DNA from: Candidatus Omnitrophota bacterium
Lineage (GTDB): Bacteria; Omnitrophota; Gorgyraeia; Duberdicusellales; 4484-171
Direction of reading: 5' to 3'
DNA: 64,000 nt
Assembly: GCA_043820815.1 (NCBI GenBank)
Contig: JBDRDJ010000031.1
Coordinates: 36,015 to 100,014 of the forward strand
Shown piece by piece: positions 52,616 to 59,777 of the stretch; position 1 is the first letter of the stretch; each line of letters begins with the position of its first letter. The notes under the pieces are model-generated. The model searched no databases, was not told the DNA's origin, and saw only the letters and a list, made by a program, of their open reading frames with translations. The position numbers and the translations under genes are program-made.

Positions 52616-53920
52616 TTACAGTCTTATGACGTTTGAGAAATCCTTTTTATATACGTTTCGGGTGTCGAAAATAAGCCTTGCGTGTTTGCGTAAAAAAGAA
52701 TAATTTATATCGGTATGATCCGTAATTAGAATAATGCAATCGGATTTCTCTATGTTCGATTGACTTAAATCGCTGCGTTTTAAGTCAATATTATGCATTT
52801 TTAAGAAAGGTATCATGGGGTCGTAATAAGAGACTCTTGAGCCTTTCTTTTTCAGCTCATCTATAACCGCAAGGGAAGGCGATTCTCTTAAATCTTTAAC
52901 GTCTTTTTTATAGGTTACCCCTAAAATCATAACTTTCGCCTTTGAAATTGATATTCCTTTTTTTCGTAGGATCTCGCCGACTCTTTTTACAATATAGCGC
53001 GGCATAAAATGATTTATATATGACGCTAAATCAATCATTTTTGTTTTAAACCCGAGCTTTTTTGCCTTCCAGGATAAATATAACGGGTCGCAAGGCAAAC
53101 AATGGCCTCCGCATCCGGGCCCGGGATAAAAAGGCATAAAACCGAATGGTTTTGTCTTTGCAGCTTCGATTACTTCCCATATGCTGATTCCTAATTTATT
53201 ACAAACAATTGTAAACTCCTGCGCCAAAGCAATATTTACTAAACGAAATGTATTTTCAAGAAGCTTAGAAGTTTCCGCAACTTCGGGAGATGATACGGCA
53301 TAAACTTCTTTAATAATATTCTTATAAAGGTTTCTTGCCAATAGTGTCGATTTCTTTGATAATCCGCCTACAATTTTTGGAATTTTTGTTAAAGGGTACT
53401 TTTTATCTCCCGGGTTAACCCTTTCAGGAGAAAAACAGAGAAAAAAGCCTTCCTCTTCTTTAAGGCCGGTCTTTTTAAGCTCAGGAAGTATTACTTCACG
53501 GGTAGTTGTAGGATACGAAGTGCTCTCTAAAATAATAAGCTGGCCGGCTTTAAGATGTTTCTTAATTGTTTTGGATGCTTTGACAACATAAGAAATATCA
53601 GGTATTTTTACCCTGCGTATGGGAGTAGGAACACAAATAATAACAACATCGCTTTTGCCTAATGCATTTTCATCGTCAGTAGGTATGAATTTACCTCTAT
53701 CGATTAGTTTAGTAGTATCTTTAGGGTCTACATCTATAATATACTGTTTTCCTTTTTTCAGTTCATCAATTCTCTTTAAGCTTGTATCAAAACCAAACAC
53801 TTTATAGCCTTTTTTTCCGAAAGCAACCGCAAGAGGCAGGCCTACATAGCCTAAACCTACTATGCATATTACCGCACTCTTCTTCTCAATCTTTTCTTTC
53901 AATATCTCGTAACTATCCAT
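52616..53920 (-). CDS. UDP-N-acetyl-hexosamine 6-dehydrogenase (WecC/WbpO/TviB/Cap5O family)
   Basis: I chose the start at ATG 53920 (MDSYEILKEK...); the track start at 53947 is a TTG. Motifs: ICIVGLGYVGLPLAVAF and the catalytic-Cys region GPGCGGHCLP. Confidence 0.85.
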   Translation of the reverse strand: MDSYEILKEKIEKKSAVICIVGLGYVGLPLAVAFGKKGYKVFGFDTSLKRIDELKKGKQYIIDVDPKDTTKLIDRGKFIPTDDENALGKSDVVIICVPTPIRRVKIPDISYVVKASKTIKKHLKAGQLIILESTSYPTTTREVILPELKKTGLKEEEGFFLCFSPERVNPGDKKYPLTKIPKIVGGLSKKSTLLARNLYKNIIKEVYAVSSPEVAETSKLLENTFRLVNIALAQEFTIVCNKLGISIWEVIEAAKTKPFGFMPFYPGPGCGGHCLPCDPLYLSWKAKKLGFKTKMIDLASYINHFMPRYIVKRVGEILRKKGISISKAKVMILGVTYKKDVKDLRESPSLAVIDELKKKGSRVSYYDPMIPFLKMHNIDLKRSDLSQSNIEKSDCIILITDHTDINYSFLRKHARLIFDTRNVYKKDFSNVIRL

Positions 53921-53977
53921 AATATTCCGTTTAATATTAAATATCAAAATGTAAAAATCAAAATTACATATTAAAAT

Positions 53978-54048
53978 GTAAAATGTTTAGAAATAATCTT
54001 TAATTTTGGTTTGTCATTTTTATTTTTGATATTTAATTTTTGATTTAT
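53978..54048 (-). repeat. Copy B of the ~70-nt duplicated leader segment; here the reading frame closes after 5 codons (MTNQN*)
   Basis: Minus strand reads ATAAATCAAAAATTAAATATCAAAAATAAAAA ATG ACA AAC CAA AAT TAA AGA TTA TTT CTA AAC ATT TTA. Confidence 0.85.
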
Positions 54049-54051
54049 CAA

Positions 54052-55413
54052 TTATCTTCCCATACCTATATATTCAAATCCTAAAGAAGTTAAAAACTTA
54101 CGGTCAAACATATTCCTGCCATCAGCTATTAAAGGATAGTTCATCATTTTCTTAATTCTTTTAAAATCAAGTTTTAAGAATTCATCCCACTCGGTAAGAA
54201 AACACAGACAATCGCTCTTTTTTGCGGCTTCGTAAGGATTATTAAAAAAACTATATGGCCTCTTAGATTTCTTAGAAGACGGCTTTGTTTTTACTGAAAG
54301 GAGCCCTTTAATCTCACTGCCGATTTTAGGGTCATAAAGAGACGCCTTGGCTCCCTGTTCAAGCAAATAATTAACAATATCAACCGAGGGAGCTTCGCGA
54401 ATATCATCTGTATCCGGTTTAAATGAAAGGCCGCAAACACAAATTGTTTTATCTTTAAGCATCCATAAGTGTTCTTTTATCTTATCAACGAAATAACGGC
54501 GCTGGTCATCATTAATAGATTTTACCGATTTGAGCAGGCTAAAATCGTAGCCTAATTTCTTTGAAATGTATATAAAAGCCTCGACATCTTTGGGAAAACA
54601 GCTTCCTCCATAACCGACACCGGCCTGCAAGAATTCTTTACCTATACGGCTGTCTAAGCCCATTGCCAAAGCGACTTTTTTAATATCGGCACCGGCTACA
54701 TCACAAATTCTAGCCACGGCATTAATAAAAGAAATCTTTGTGGCCAGGAATGAATTCGATGCGTGTTTAATAAGCTCGGCGGTGTTAATATCAGTGACAA
54801 TGACCGGTGATTTAATGGAAGAATAAATGCATCTAAATAATTTTTCAGCCCGCTCAGACTCAACTCCTATCACAATTCTGTCGGGATAAAAGAAATCATA
54901 TACGGCACGCCCCTCGCGTAAAAATTCAGGGTTAGATGCAACATCAAAATCCACCGACGTTTTTCTGTAGCGGTATATTGTCTCTTTAACTTTTTGCCCT
55001 GTTTGGACAGGGACAGTTGACTTTTCAACGATAAGCTTATAGGAATTTAAATTCTTTGCGATTGTTCTTGCAACATTTTCAATTGAAGTTAAATCGGCTG
55101 AACCGTCTGCCTGCGGAGGAGTCCCCACTGCGAGAAAAATTATCTTAGATTTACTAAAAGCATCATCAAGAGATGCAACAAAGTGCAAATTTCCCCTTTT
55201 AATATTTTTCTTAACCAGCGCCTCAAGATCAGGCTCATAAAACGGGAGCTTCATTTTGTTTAAAGAATTTATTCTTTTTGCGTCGCTATCGGCACATATT
55301 ACGCTGTGGCCCAGCTCAGCAAAGCAAGCAGCAGCGACAAGGCCTACATGGCCTGCGCCTACTACACATATATTCTGAAGCTTGCTTTGTTTAACACAAG
55401 TTGATTTTGCCAT
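54052..55413 (-). CDS. ugd: UDP-glucose 6-dehydrogenase
   Basis: I chose the start at ATG 55413 (GGGAGG lies 9 nt upstream): MAKSTCVKQSKLQNICVVGAGHVGLV... The catalytic region reads GGSCFPKD. Confidence 0.9.
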   Translation of the reverse strand: MAKSTCVKQSKLQNICVVGAGHVGLVAAACFAELGHSVICADSDAKRINSLNKMKLPFYEPDLEALVKKNIKRGNLHFVASLDDAFSKSKIIFLAVGTPPQADGSADLTSIENVARTIAKNLNSYKLIVEKSTVPVQTGQKVKETIYRYRKTSVDFDVASNPEFLREGRAVYDFFYPDRIVIGVESERAEKLFRCIYSSIKSPVIVTDINTAELIKHASNSFLATKISFINAVARICDVAGADIKKVALAMGLDSRIGKEFLQAGVGYGGSCFPKDVEAFIYISKKLGYDFSLLKSVKSINDDQRRYFVDKIKEHLWMLKDKTICVCGLSFKPDTDDIREAPSVDIVNYLLEQGAKASLYDPKIGSEIKGLLSVKTKPSSKKSKRPYSFFNNPYEAAKKSDCLCFLTEWDEFLKLDFKRIKKMMNYPLIADGRNMFDRKFLTSLGFEYIGMGR

Positions 55414-55485
55414 ATAAAATTTCCTCCCATTATAAAAAAATCCCGTTAGAAATTTAGCCGGCTCCTGCCGGCTTAGCTTCACTTT

Positions 55486-57648
55486 TTAATACACGTGCTT
55501 TGCATCATTGTAGTTGTGGTCAATTTCAATACGGTTGCCAGGAAATGCCTTGGGCGTAAAAGTGACTAAAAAAGCGTGTTCTTTAATGCCTTCTCGCTGT
55601 TTTTTAATATTTACTCCAAAATCAAGCCACCAGCAATGCAAATCAATACGCATGTTATGATACCGTTCTTTGAAATCTCCGGTATTATACTCGTAACGCA
55701 AGTAATGTTCAAAAGATATTTTTGGCGTCAGGCGGTGCTCGAAACCAATAACAGCCTGCGATGAACTCTGTCTCAGATAACGATGCCCAAGGGTAAGTTT
55801 AAAAAGATCCTTCGGCCCGGGATCGCGTAAAGTCATATCAATGTTAAAAAAAGATATTCTTCGGGTGGGAATACTATACTCAATATCTGAATTAAGCGAT
55901 AACCAATCTGTCGGGTATATTTCTAAATCTGAATATATTCTTGTAAAATAACTTCCCTTTGCTTCTTCATGAATCATATATTCTACAGACGGGCTGAAAT
56001 ATAGAAAATCCCATTTACGTTTATCATTTTTGGCCTGTAATTTATTGTATAGGGTAAAAACTGCCGACTCTTGCCTTTCTAAGCTGTCAATATCATCAAA
56101 TTGAAAAAGGTTTTCTGATGCGACTGTCGGGTCATGCCGGTATGTATATTGAAGGGTCGGAGTGACAACATGGCGCATTTGCCTGACATTGATACCTAAT
56201 AAATTAATATTGGCATTAAACATCTTATATAATTTTGTGCTAAGAGATGTCCCTGTTTCAAGGGCGTTTCTTAAAATATGCTCCCGGCCGAAAGCATTAT
56301 TGGTGTAGAATGTTGTATAAGAACCTGCGTAAGGATTAACATAAAGCCACTTTATATTCTTTACATAGCTTAAGGTATTGTGGGAATGAACCCTGACCGA
56401 ATCATCGTCAGTGCCGGAATATTCCCGTTTATAAGTTAAATTACCGGCACTCGACTCTGACCCAAAATACAAAGAACTATTTCCCAAACGCTGCTGGAAA
56501 AAGTTGTATTCGAGCTGGGGAAGGTATTCGGTTTCGGTGAAAAAACGGTTTGCTCTTTTACGTGTAAGAAAAGACATTGAGGAATAGTCTGAATTATAAT
56601 CCACAAGCAGGTAGCTCATCGGGTGAGGCTCGACTTCGTATTCTCTATAGAAAAAATCCCGCATAAAATATTTATCGGAGAATTTATGAAATTCACCTTT
56701 TACAGAAAGGCGCTCGTTTGGATCCCATACATATGATAGCTGGCTCTTGTAGCGGTTGTTTTCCAAATACTTAGACGGCTCACCCGCTCTTTCGGGATAA
56801 TAATTTTCAAACATCGAATTTCTTTTTTCACTTTTATATAAATTGTCGTTTAATGAATACAAATTAATCAGCGCTTCTCCGAACTTAGGGCTCTCCCATT
56901 TATGAGTTATACCTGTTGCGAAACCTCTCCTTTCATACCAGTCAAAGTGGACCTTTCCCCTGTTTGTATAATCCTTGGTATTATAACGCCAGCTTGTAAA
57001 CAGGTATTTACCCCAGTATTTGTACTGTCCGGGAAAAATCTGAACGGGAAAGTGTTCATCGGCAAGTGAATGCGAATAATACGGAATATAGAATACGGGA
57101 ATTTTCCCAATCCTGAAAGTCACACCTCTGGCGATTGTTTTCACCTTTGGATAAACTGTTATTTTCTTCGCGGTTAAACGATAATGGGGATTCTCAAGGT
57201 CGCATGTAGTTAAATAACCATTTTCAAAATTATAAGAATTATCTTCGGCCTTATGCGCAAAAGGAGCGGCTCCGTAAAAAGGCGTTGATTTCATAGTCAT
57301 AGATTCTAATTTCGCCGTTTGCGTATTAAAATCATATACAACATCAGTGCCTTTGATAACTCCATCTAAACGTTTTAAGGTAACATCTCCTTTTATATTT
57401 GCAATATGGCTTCTTGTGCTATACTCGGCTTCGTTACAGAATAATTCTGTATCTTCATATTTCATATGCACATTACCCTTGGCAATCACGGAACCCTTAT
57501 TATTATCATAACTTACTTCATCGCCGTCAATTGTAACGGGAATTATGTCCTCGGCGCAAAAAGCAAAAACAGGCCACAGACAACAGGCCACAGACAACAG
57601 ACAAAGTATTCTAACGGTGTTCGGGGTTGGGTGTCCGGTGTTCGTCAT
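55486..57648 (-). CDS. lptD: LPS-assembly outer membrane protein LptD (OstA N-domain plus beta-barrel)
   Basis: 720 aa with a signal peptide (ILCLLSVACCLWPVFAFCA/ED) and an OstA-like N-domain (ITIDGDEVSYDNNKGSVIAKGNVHM...). The C-terminal region is long, rich in Y/F/N, and ends with an aromatic residue (HVY). Confidence 0.85.
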   Translation of the reverse strand: MTNTGHPTPNTVRILCLLSVACCLWPVFAFCAEDIIPVTIDGDEVSYDNNKGSVIAKGNVHMKYEDTELFCNEAEYSTRSHIANIKGDVTLKRLDGVIKGTDVVYDFNTQTAKLESMTMKSTPFYGAAPFAHKAEDNSYNFENGYLTTCDLENPHYRLTAKKITVYPKVKTIARGVTFRIGKIPVFYIPYYSHSLADEHFPVQIFPGQYKYWGKYLFTSWRYNTKDYTNRGKVHFDWYERRGFATGITHKWESPKFGEALINLYSLNDNLYKSEKRNSMFENYYPERAGEPSKYLENNRYKSQLSYVWDPNERLSVKGEFHKFSDKYFMRDFFYREYEVEPHPMSYLLVDYNSDYSSMSFLTRKRANRFFTETEYLPQLEYNFFQQRLGNSSLYFGSESSAGNLTYKREYSGTDDDSVRVHSHNTLSYVKNIKWLYVNPYAGSYTTFYTNNAFGREHILRNALETGTSLSTKLYKMFNANINLLGINVRQMRHVVTPTLQYTYRHDPTVASENLFQFDDIDSLERQESAVFTLYNKLQAKNDKRKWDFLYFSPSVEYMIHEEAKGSYFTRIYSDLEIYPTDWLSLNSDIEYSIPTRRISFFNIDMTLRDPGPKDLFKLTLGHRYLRQSSSQAVIGFEHRLTPKISFEHYLRYEYNTGDFKERYHNMRIDLHCWWLDFGVNIKKQREGIKEHAFLVTFTPKAFPGNRIEIDHNYNDAKHVY
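57570..57604 (-). repeat. 14-bp tandem repeat (2 full copies plus a partial one) inside the lptD signal-peptide coding region
   Basis: Plus strand reads caggccacagacaa caggccacagacaa cagacaa. Confidence 0.9.
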
Positions 57649-58550
57649 TTTTCTGATATTTGGCGTGCCAGAAGCGCGGCTCCGATTACGCCGGCGTCTT
57701 TAAGTTTCGCTTTTACGACCTTCAAGTTTTTAAGCTGAGGCCACATCGCCTGATTATGTATTTCACTGATAAGAAAAGGCTTAAATAAATTGAAAGCCTC
57801 TGAAATTCCCCCGCCGATAACTATTATTTCCGGATTAAAAACATTTATCATTCCGGCGAGAAATTTTCCTAAACTATGCGAAAATTCCTTCCACACTCTC
57901 AAGGCTTCCTGTTCGCCTAACAAAGCTTTTTCAAATATTCCTTTTACATCTTTTACTCCGCTTTTTCTTTCTTTTAAATCATAATACCTCTTAAGCAGGT
58001 ATCTGTTGCCGGCATATGTTTCAATGCATCCCCGCCCGCCGCACCCGCACAATTTACCCTCAAGAGAAATAGGAACATGCCCTAACTCTGAAGCGCTGAC
58101 TTCTCCTTCTACTATTTTCCCGTTATAAACGATTGCCCCTCCAAGCCCTGTGCCAAGAGTTATAAATATAACCCGTTCTTTTTCTTTTGCCGCTCCAAGA
58201 AGTGCTTCTGCTAAAGCAAATACATTAGCGTCATTATCTATGAAAACCGGAACCTTTATCTTCTTTTCAATAACTTTCTTAAGCTCAAAATTCTCCCATC
58301 CGGGAATATTCGGCAGATAATAAATAAAACCTTTGGGTATGTTTATAATACCTGGTGCGCCTATGCCTACCGCTTTAATTTTATAATTTTTTAGCTCCTG
58401 AAATAAGTTTTCAATTTGGGCAAGGAAAGGTTCTTTCTTCCTTAACTCCGGGCATGAGTAAACTTTGCGCTTAATAAGCTTGCCAGCTGAATCAACAACA
58501 CCTGCCTTAATAAAAGTTCCTCCCCAGTCTATGCCAAGATAATTACTCAT
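57645..58550 (-). CDS. ROK-family glucokinase
   Basis: I chose the start at ATG 58550 (MSNYLGIDWGGTFIKAG); the track start at 58580 is a GTG. The Zn motif is GHVPISLEGKLCGCGGRGCIE. There is an ATGA overlap with the lptD start. Confidence 0.8.
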   Translation of the reverse strand: MSNYLGIDWGGTFIKAGVVDSAGKLIKRKVYSCPELRKKEPFLAQIENLFQELKNYKIKAVGIGAPGIINIPKGFIYYLPNIPGWENFELKKVIEKKIKVPVFIDNDANVFALAEALLGAAKEKERVIFITLGTGLGGAIVYNGKIVEGEVSASELGHVPISLEGKLCGCGGRGCIETYAGNRYLLKRYYDLKERKSGVKDVKGIFEKALLGEQEALRVWKEFSHSLGKFLAGMINVFNPEIIVIGGGISEAFNLFKPFLISEIHNQAMWPQLKNLKVVKAKLKDAGVIGAALLARQISEK

Positions 58551-58570
58551 ATTTGGTTTGCTCCATTCCT

Positions 58571-58600
58571 GCGAAGCCACGAGCGAAGCGAAGGCGAAGC
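58571..58600. repeat. Three direct GCGAAGC heptamers at 11-12 bp spacing between tRNA-Pro and the glucokinase start
   Basis: Plus strand has gcgaagc at 58571-58577, 58583-58589 and 58594-58600. Confidence 0.8.
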
Positions 58601-58604
58601 AGAA

Positions 58605-58679
58605 TCGGGGCGAGCAGATTTGAACTGCTGACTTCTTGGTCCCGAACCAAGCGCTCTAGCCAAGCTGAGCCACGCCCCG
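58605..58679 (-). tRNA. tRNA-Pro(CGG): tRNA-Pro, anticodon CGG, 75 nt, with no encoded CCA
   Basis: Manual fold of the minus strand: acceptor CGGGGCG/CGCCCCG (C1:G72, typical for Pro), D stem GCTC/GAGC, anticodon stem CTTGG/CCAAG with loop TTCGGGA, T stem AGCAG/CTGCT with loop TTCAAAT, and discriminator A. Confidence 0.9.
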
Positions 58680-58701
58680 TTATTGATAAATGGCAAAATA
58701 T

Positions 58702-59292
58702 TTATTTAAATAGGCTGCCTTGAGCCTGCGCTTTAAGGAGATAGTCGAATTCGGCATTAAGATAATCTCCTGTCCTTTTATATTTAAGATTTGTATGGCC
58801 GTATGTATAAGGGGTAACATCAAGGGAAAAACTTTTTGGATATATTTTCTTTACGGTTAATGATATTCCATCAATGGCCACAGAGCCTTTTTCAATAATA
58901 TATTTCCTGTATGGTGCCGGTAAGTCTATTTCCAAACTGAAATAATTATTTTGTTTATTTTTCCGCTTAAGCCGTAACTCACAATCAACATGGCCAAGAA
59001 CAAAATGCCCGCCTAACTTATCGCCAACTTTTAAAGAAACTTCCAGGTTAACGAAGCAGCCTATTGTTAACCGCTTCAGGTTTGTTGTGTCAAGCGTCGG
59101 CTTAACAGCATCGAAGAAAACTACTTTTGATTTATTCTCAACAATTGTTAAACAAACTCCGTTTACAGAAACACTGTCTGAAACAGAACAGTCTTTGCTG
59201 AAAATCCCGCTTTCAATGTCAAATCTAGTTAAGCTTCCCTTGCGGCTGATATATTTTACACAGCCGATTTCCTGAATGATTCCCGTAAACAT
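58702..59292 (-). CDS. ribE: Riboflavin synthase (alpha chain)
   Basis: 196 aa with MFTGIIQEIG... and the internal duplication (GDSVSVNGVCLT / GSVAIDGISLT) typical of RibE. Confidence 0.9.
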   Translation of the reverse strand: MFTGIIQEIGCVKYISRKGSLTRFDIESGIFSKDCSVSDSVSVNGVCLTIVENKSKVVFFDAVKPTLDTTNLKRLTIGCFVNLEVSLKVGDKLGGHFVLGHVDCELRLKRKNKQNNYFSLEIDLPAPYRKYIIEKGSVAIDGISLTVKKIYPKSFSLDVTPYTYGHTNLKYKRTGDYLNAEFDYLLKAQAQGSLFK

Positions 59293-59375
59293 AGTGATAT
59301 TTTGCTTTTTACCGCAAGAACCGTTTTAGCTGTCAATTTTTTAATTACAGGGGAAAATTGTGGCATATTGTTAAG

Positions 59376-59384
59376 ATTATACCA
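59376..59384 (-). promoter_or_regulatory. Extended -10 promoter candidate (TGGTATAAT) ~85 nt upstream of ribE
   Basis: Minus strand reads aatgTGGTATAATcttaac. The -35 region is poor. Confidence 0.35.
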
Positions 59385-59483
59385 CATTGCCGTTATAAAT
59401 CTATATGATTTATAATCAGCAAAAGCGATTGATTTTAAAGGATAATCGATAGCTGATCTAAAGATATAGCTCCAAAAACCCCG

Positions 59484-59519
59484 AAAAAAATAAACCGCAG
59501 ACTCGACAGATTTCCGCGG
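59484..59519 (-). terminator. Terminator-like hairpin plus T-run in the long region upstream of ribE
   Basis: Minus strand reads CCGCGGA-aatctgtcgag-TCTGCGG followed by TTTATTTTTTT. The stem is 7 bp with one G-U pair. Confidence 0.4.
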
Positions 59520-59614
59520 GATTTTATGAATTATAAAATTTTCTAATGATAATTTAAAAATTAGAAAACCCGCCGCCAAAATTTATACTGGCACAGCCGC
59601 GATGTTTAATGACT

Positions 59615-59648
59615 AAAAAACCCCGCACTGAAAACAGTGCGGGGTTTT
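59615..59648 (-). terminator. Rho-independent terminator, bidirectional in form
   Basis: Plus strand reads aaaaaa CCCCGCACTG aaaa CAGTGCGGGG tttt: a perfect 10-bp GC-rich stem with a 4-nt loop, with a T-run on the minus strand after the small ORF. Confidence 0.9.
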
Positions 59649-59670
59649 AAAATAAAAATCTTATGATGCC

Positions 59671-59727
59671 TTACTTTTTCTTTTTCTTAGCTACTTTTTT
59701 CTTAGCGGCTTTTTTCTTTACTGCCAT
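59671..59727 (-). CDS. 18-codon poly-lysine small ORF (MAVKKKAAKKKVAKKKKK)
   Basis: Own translation. AAGGAGGTGA lies 3 nt upstream of the ATG (GGAGG core spacing 6). A near-consensus promoter lies upstream and a strong terminator ~23 nt downstream. The ORF is too short for the ORF track. Confidence 0.55.
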   Translation of the reverse strand: MAVKKKAAKKKVAKKKKK

Positions 59728-59777
59728 TTGTCACCTCCTTTTAAACTGTAACAACAATAAATATCACCTTATATTTT

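Noticed and set aside
58605-58679. tRNA-Pro as the integration site of the glycan locus (genomic island)
   Set aside because: I saw no integrase or recombinase gene and no direct repeat of the tRNA 3' end elsewhere in the window. Housekeeping genes (glk, lptD) separate the tRNA from the locus.
59256-59579. 107-aa minus-strand ORF upstream of and overlapping ribE
   Set aside because: It overlaps the well-supported ribE start by 37 nt and runs across a terminator-like hairpin and promoter-like boxes. It has no RBS, and its F/K/I/Y-rich composition is what AT-rich non-coding DNA yields. I treat the region as non-coding leader.
59293-59614. FMN (RFN) riboswitch expected in front of ribE
   Set aside because: By eye I could not find the conserved RFN core segments (G-rich, GGGG...CCC-type helices and the AGTC/GGATGGGA-like motifs) on the coding strand. 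A covariance-model scan would be needed to exclude a divergent version.
59671-59727. Poly-Lys ORF as a classical attenuation leader peptide controlling ribE
   Set aside because: I found no alternative antiterminator pairing with the terminator stem (CCCCGCACTG/CAGTGCGGGG) in or after the ORF. About 320 nt with separate promoter-like boxes lie between the terminator and ribE. The idea is kept only as a minor alternative in the finding.
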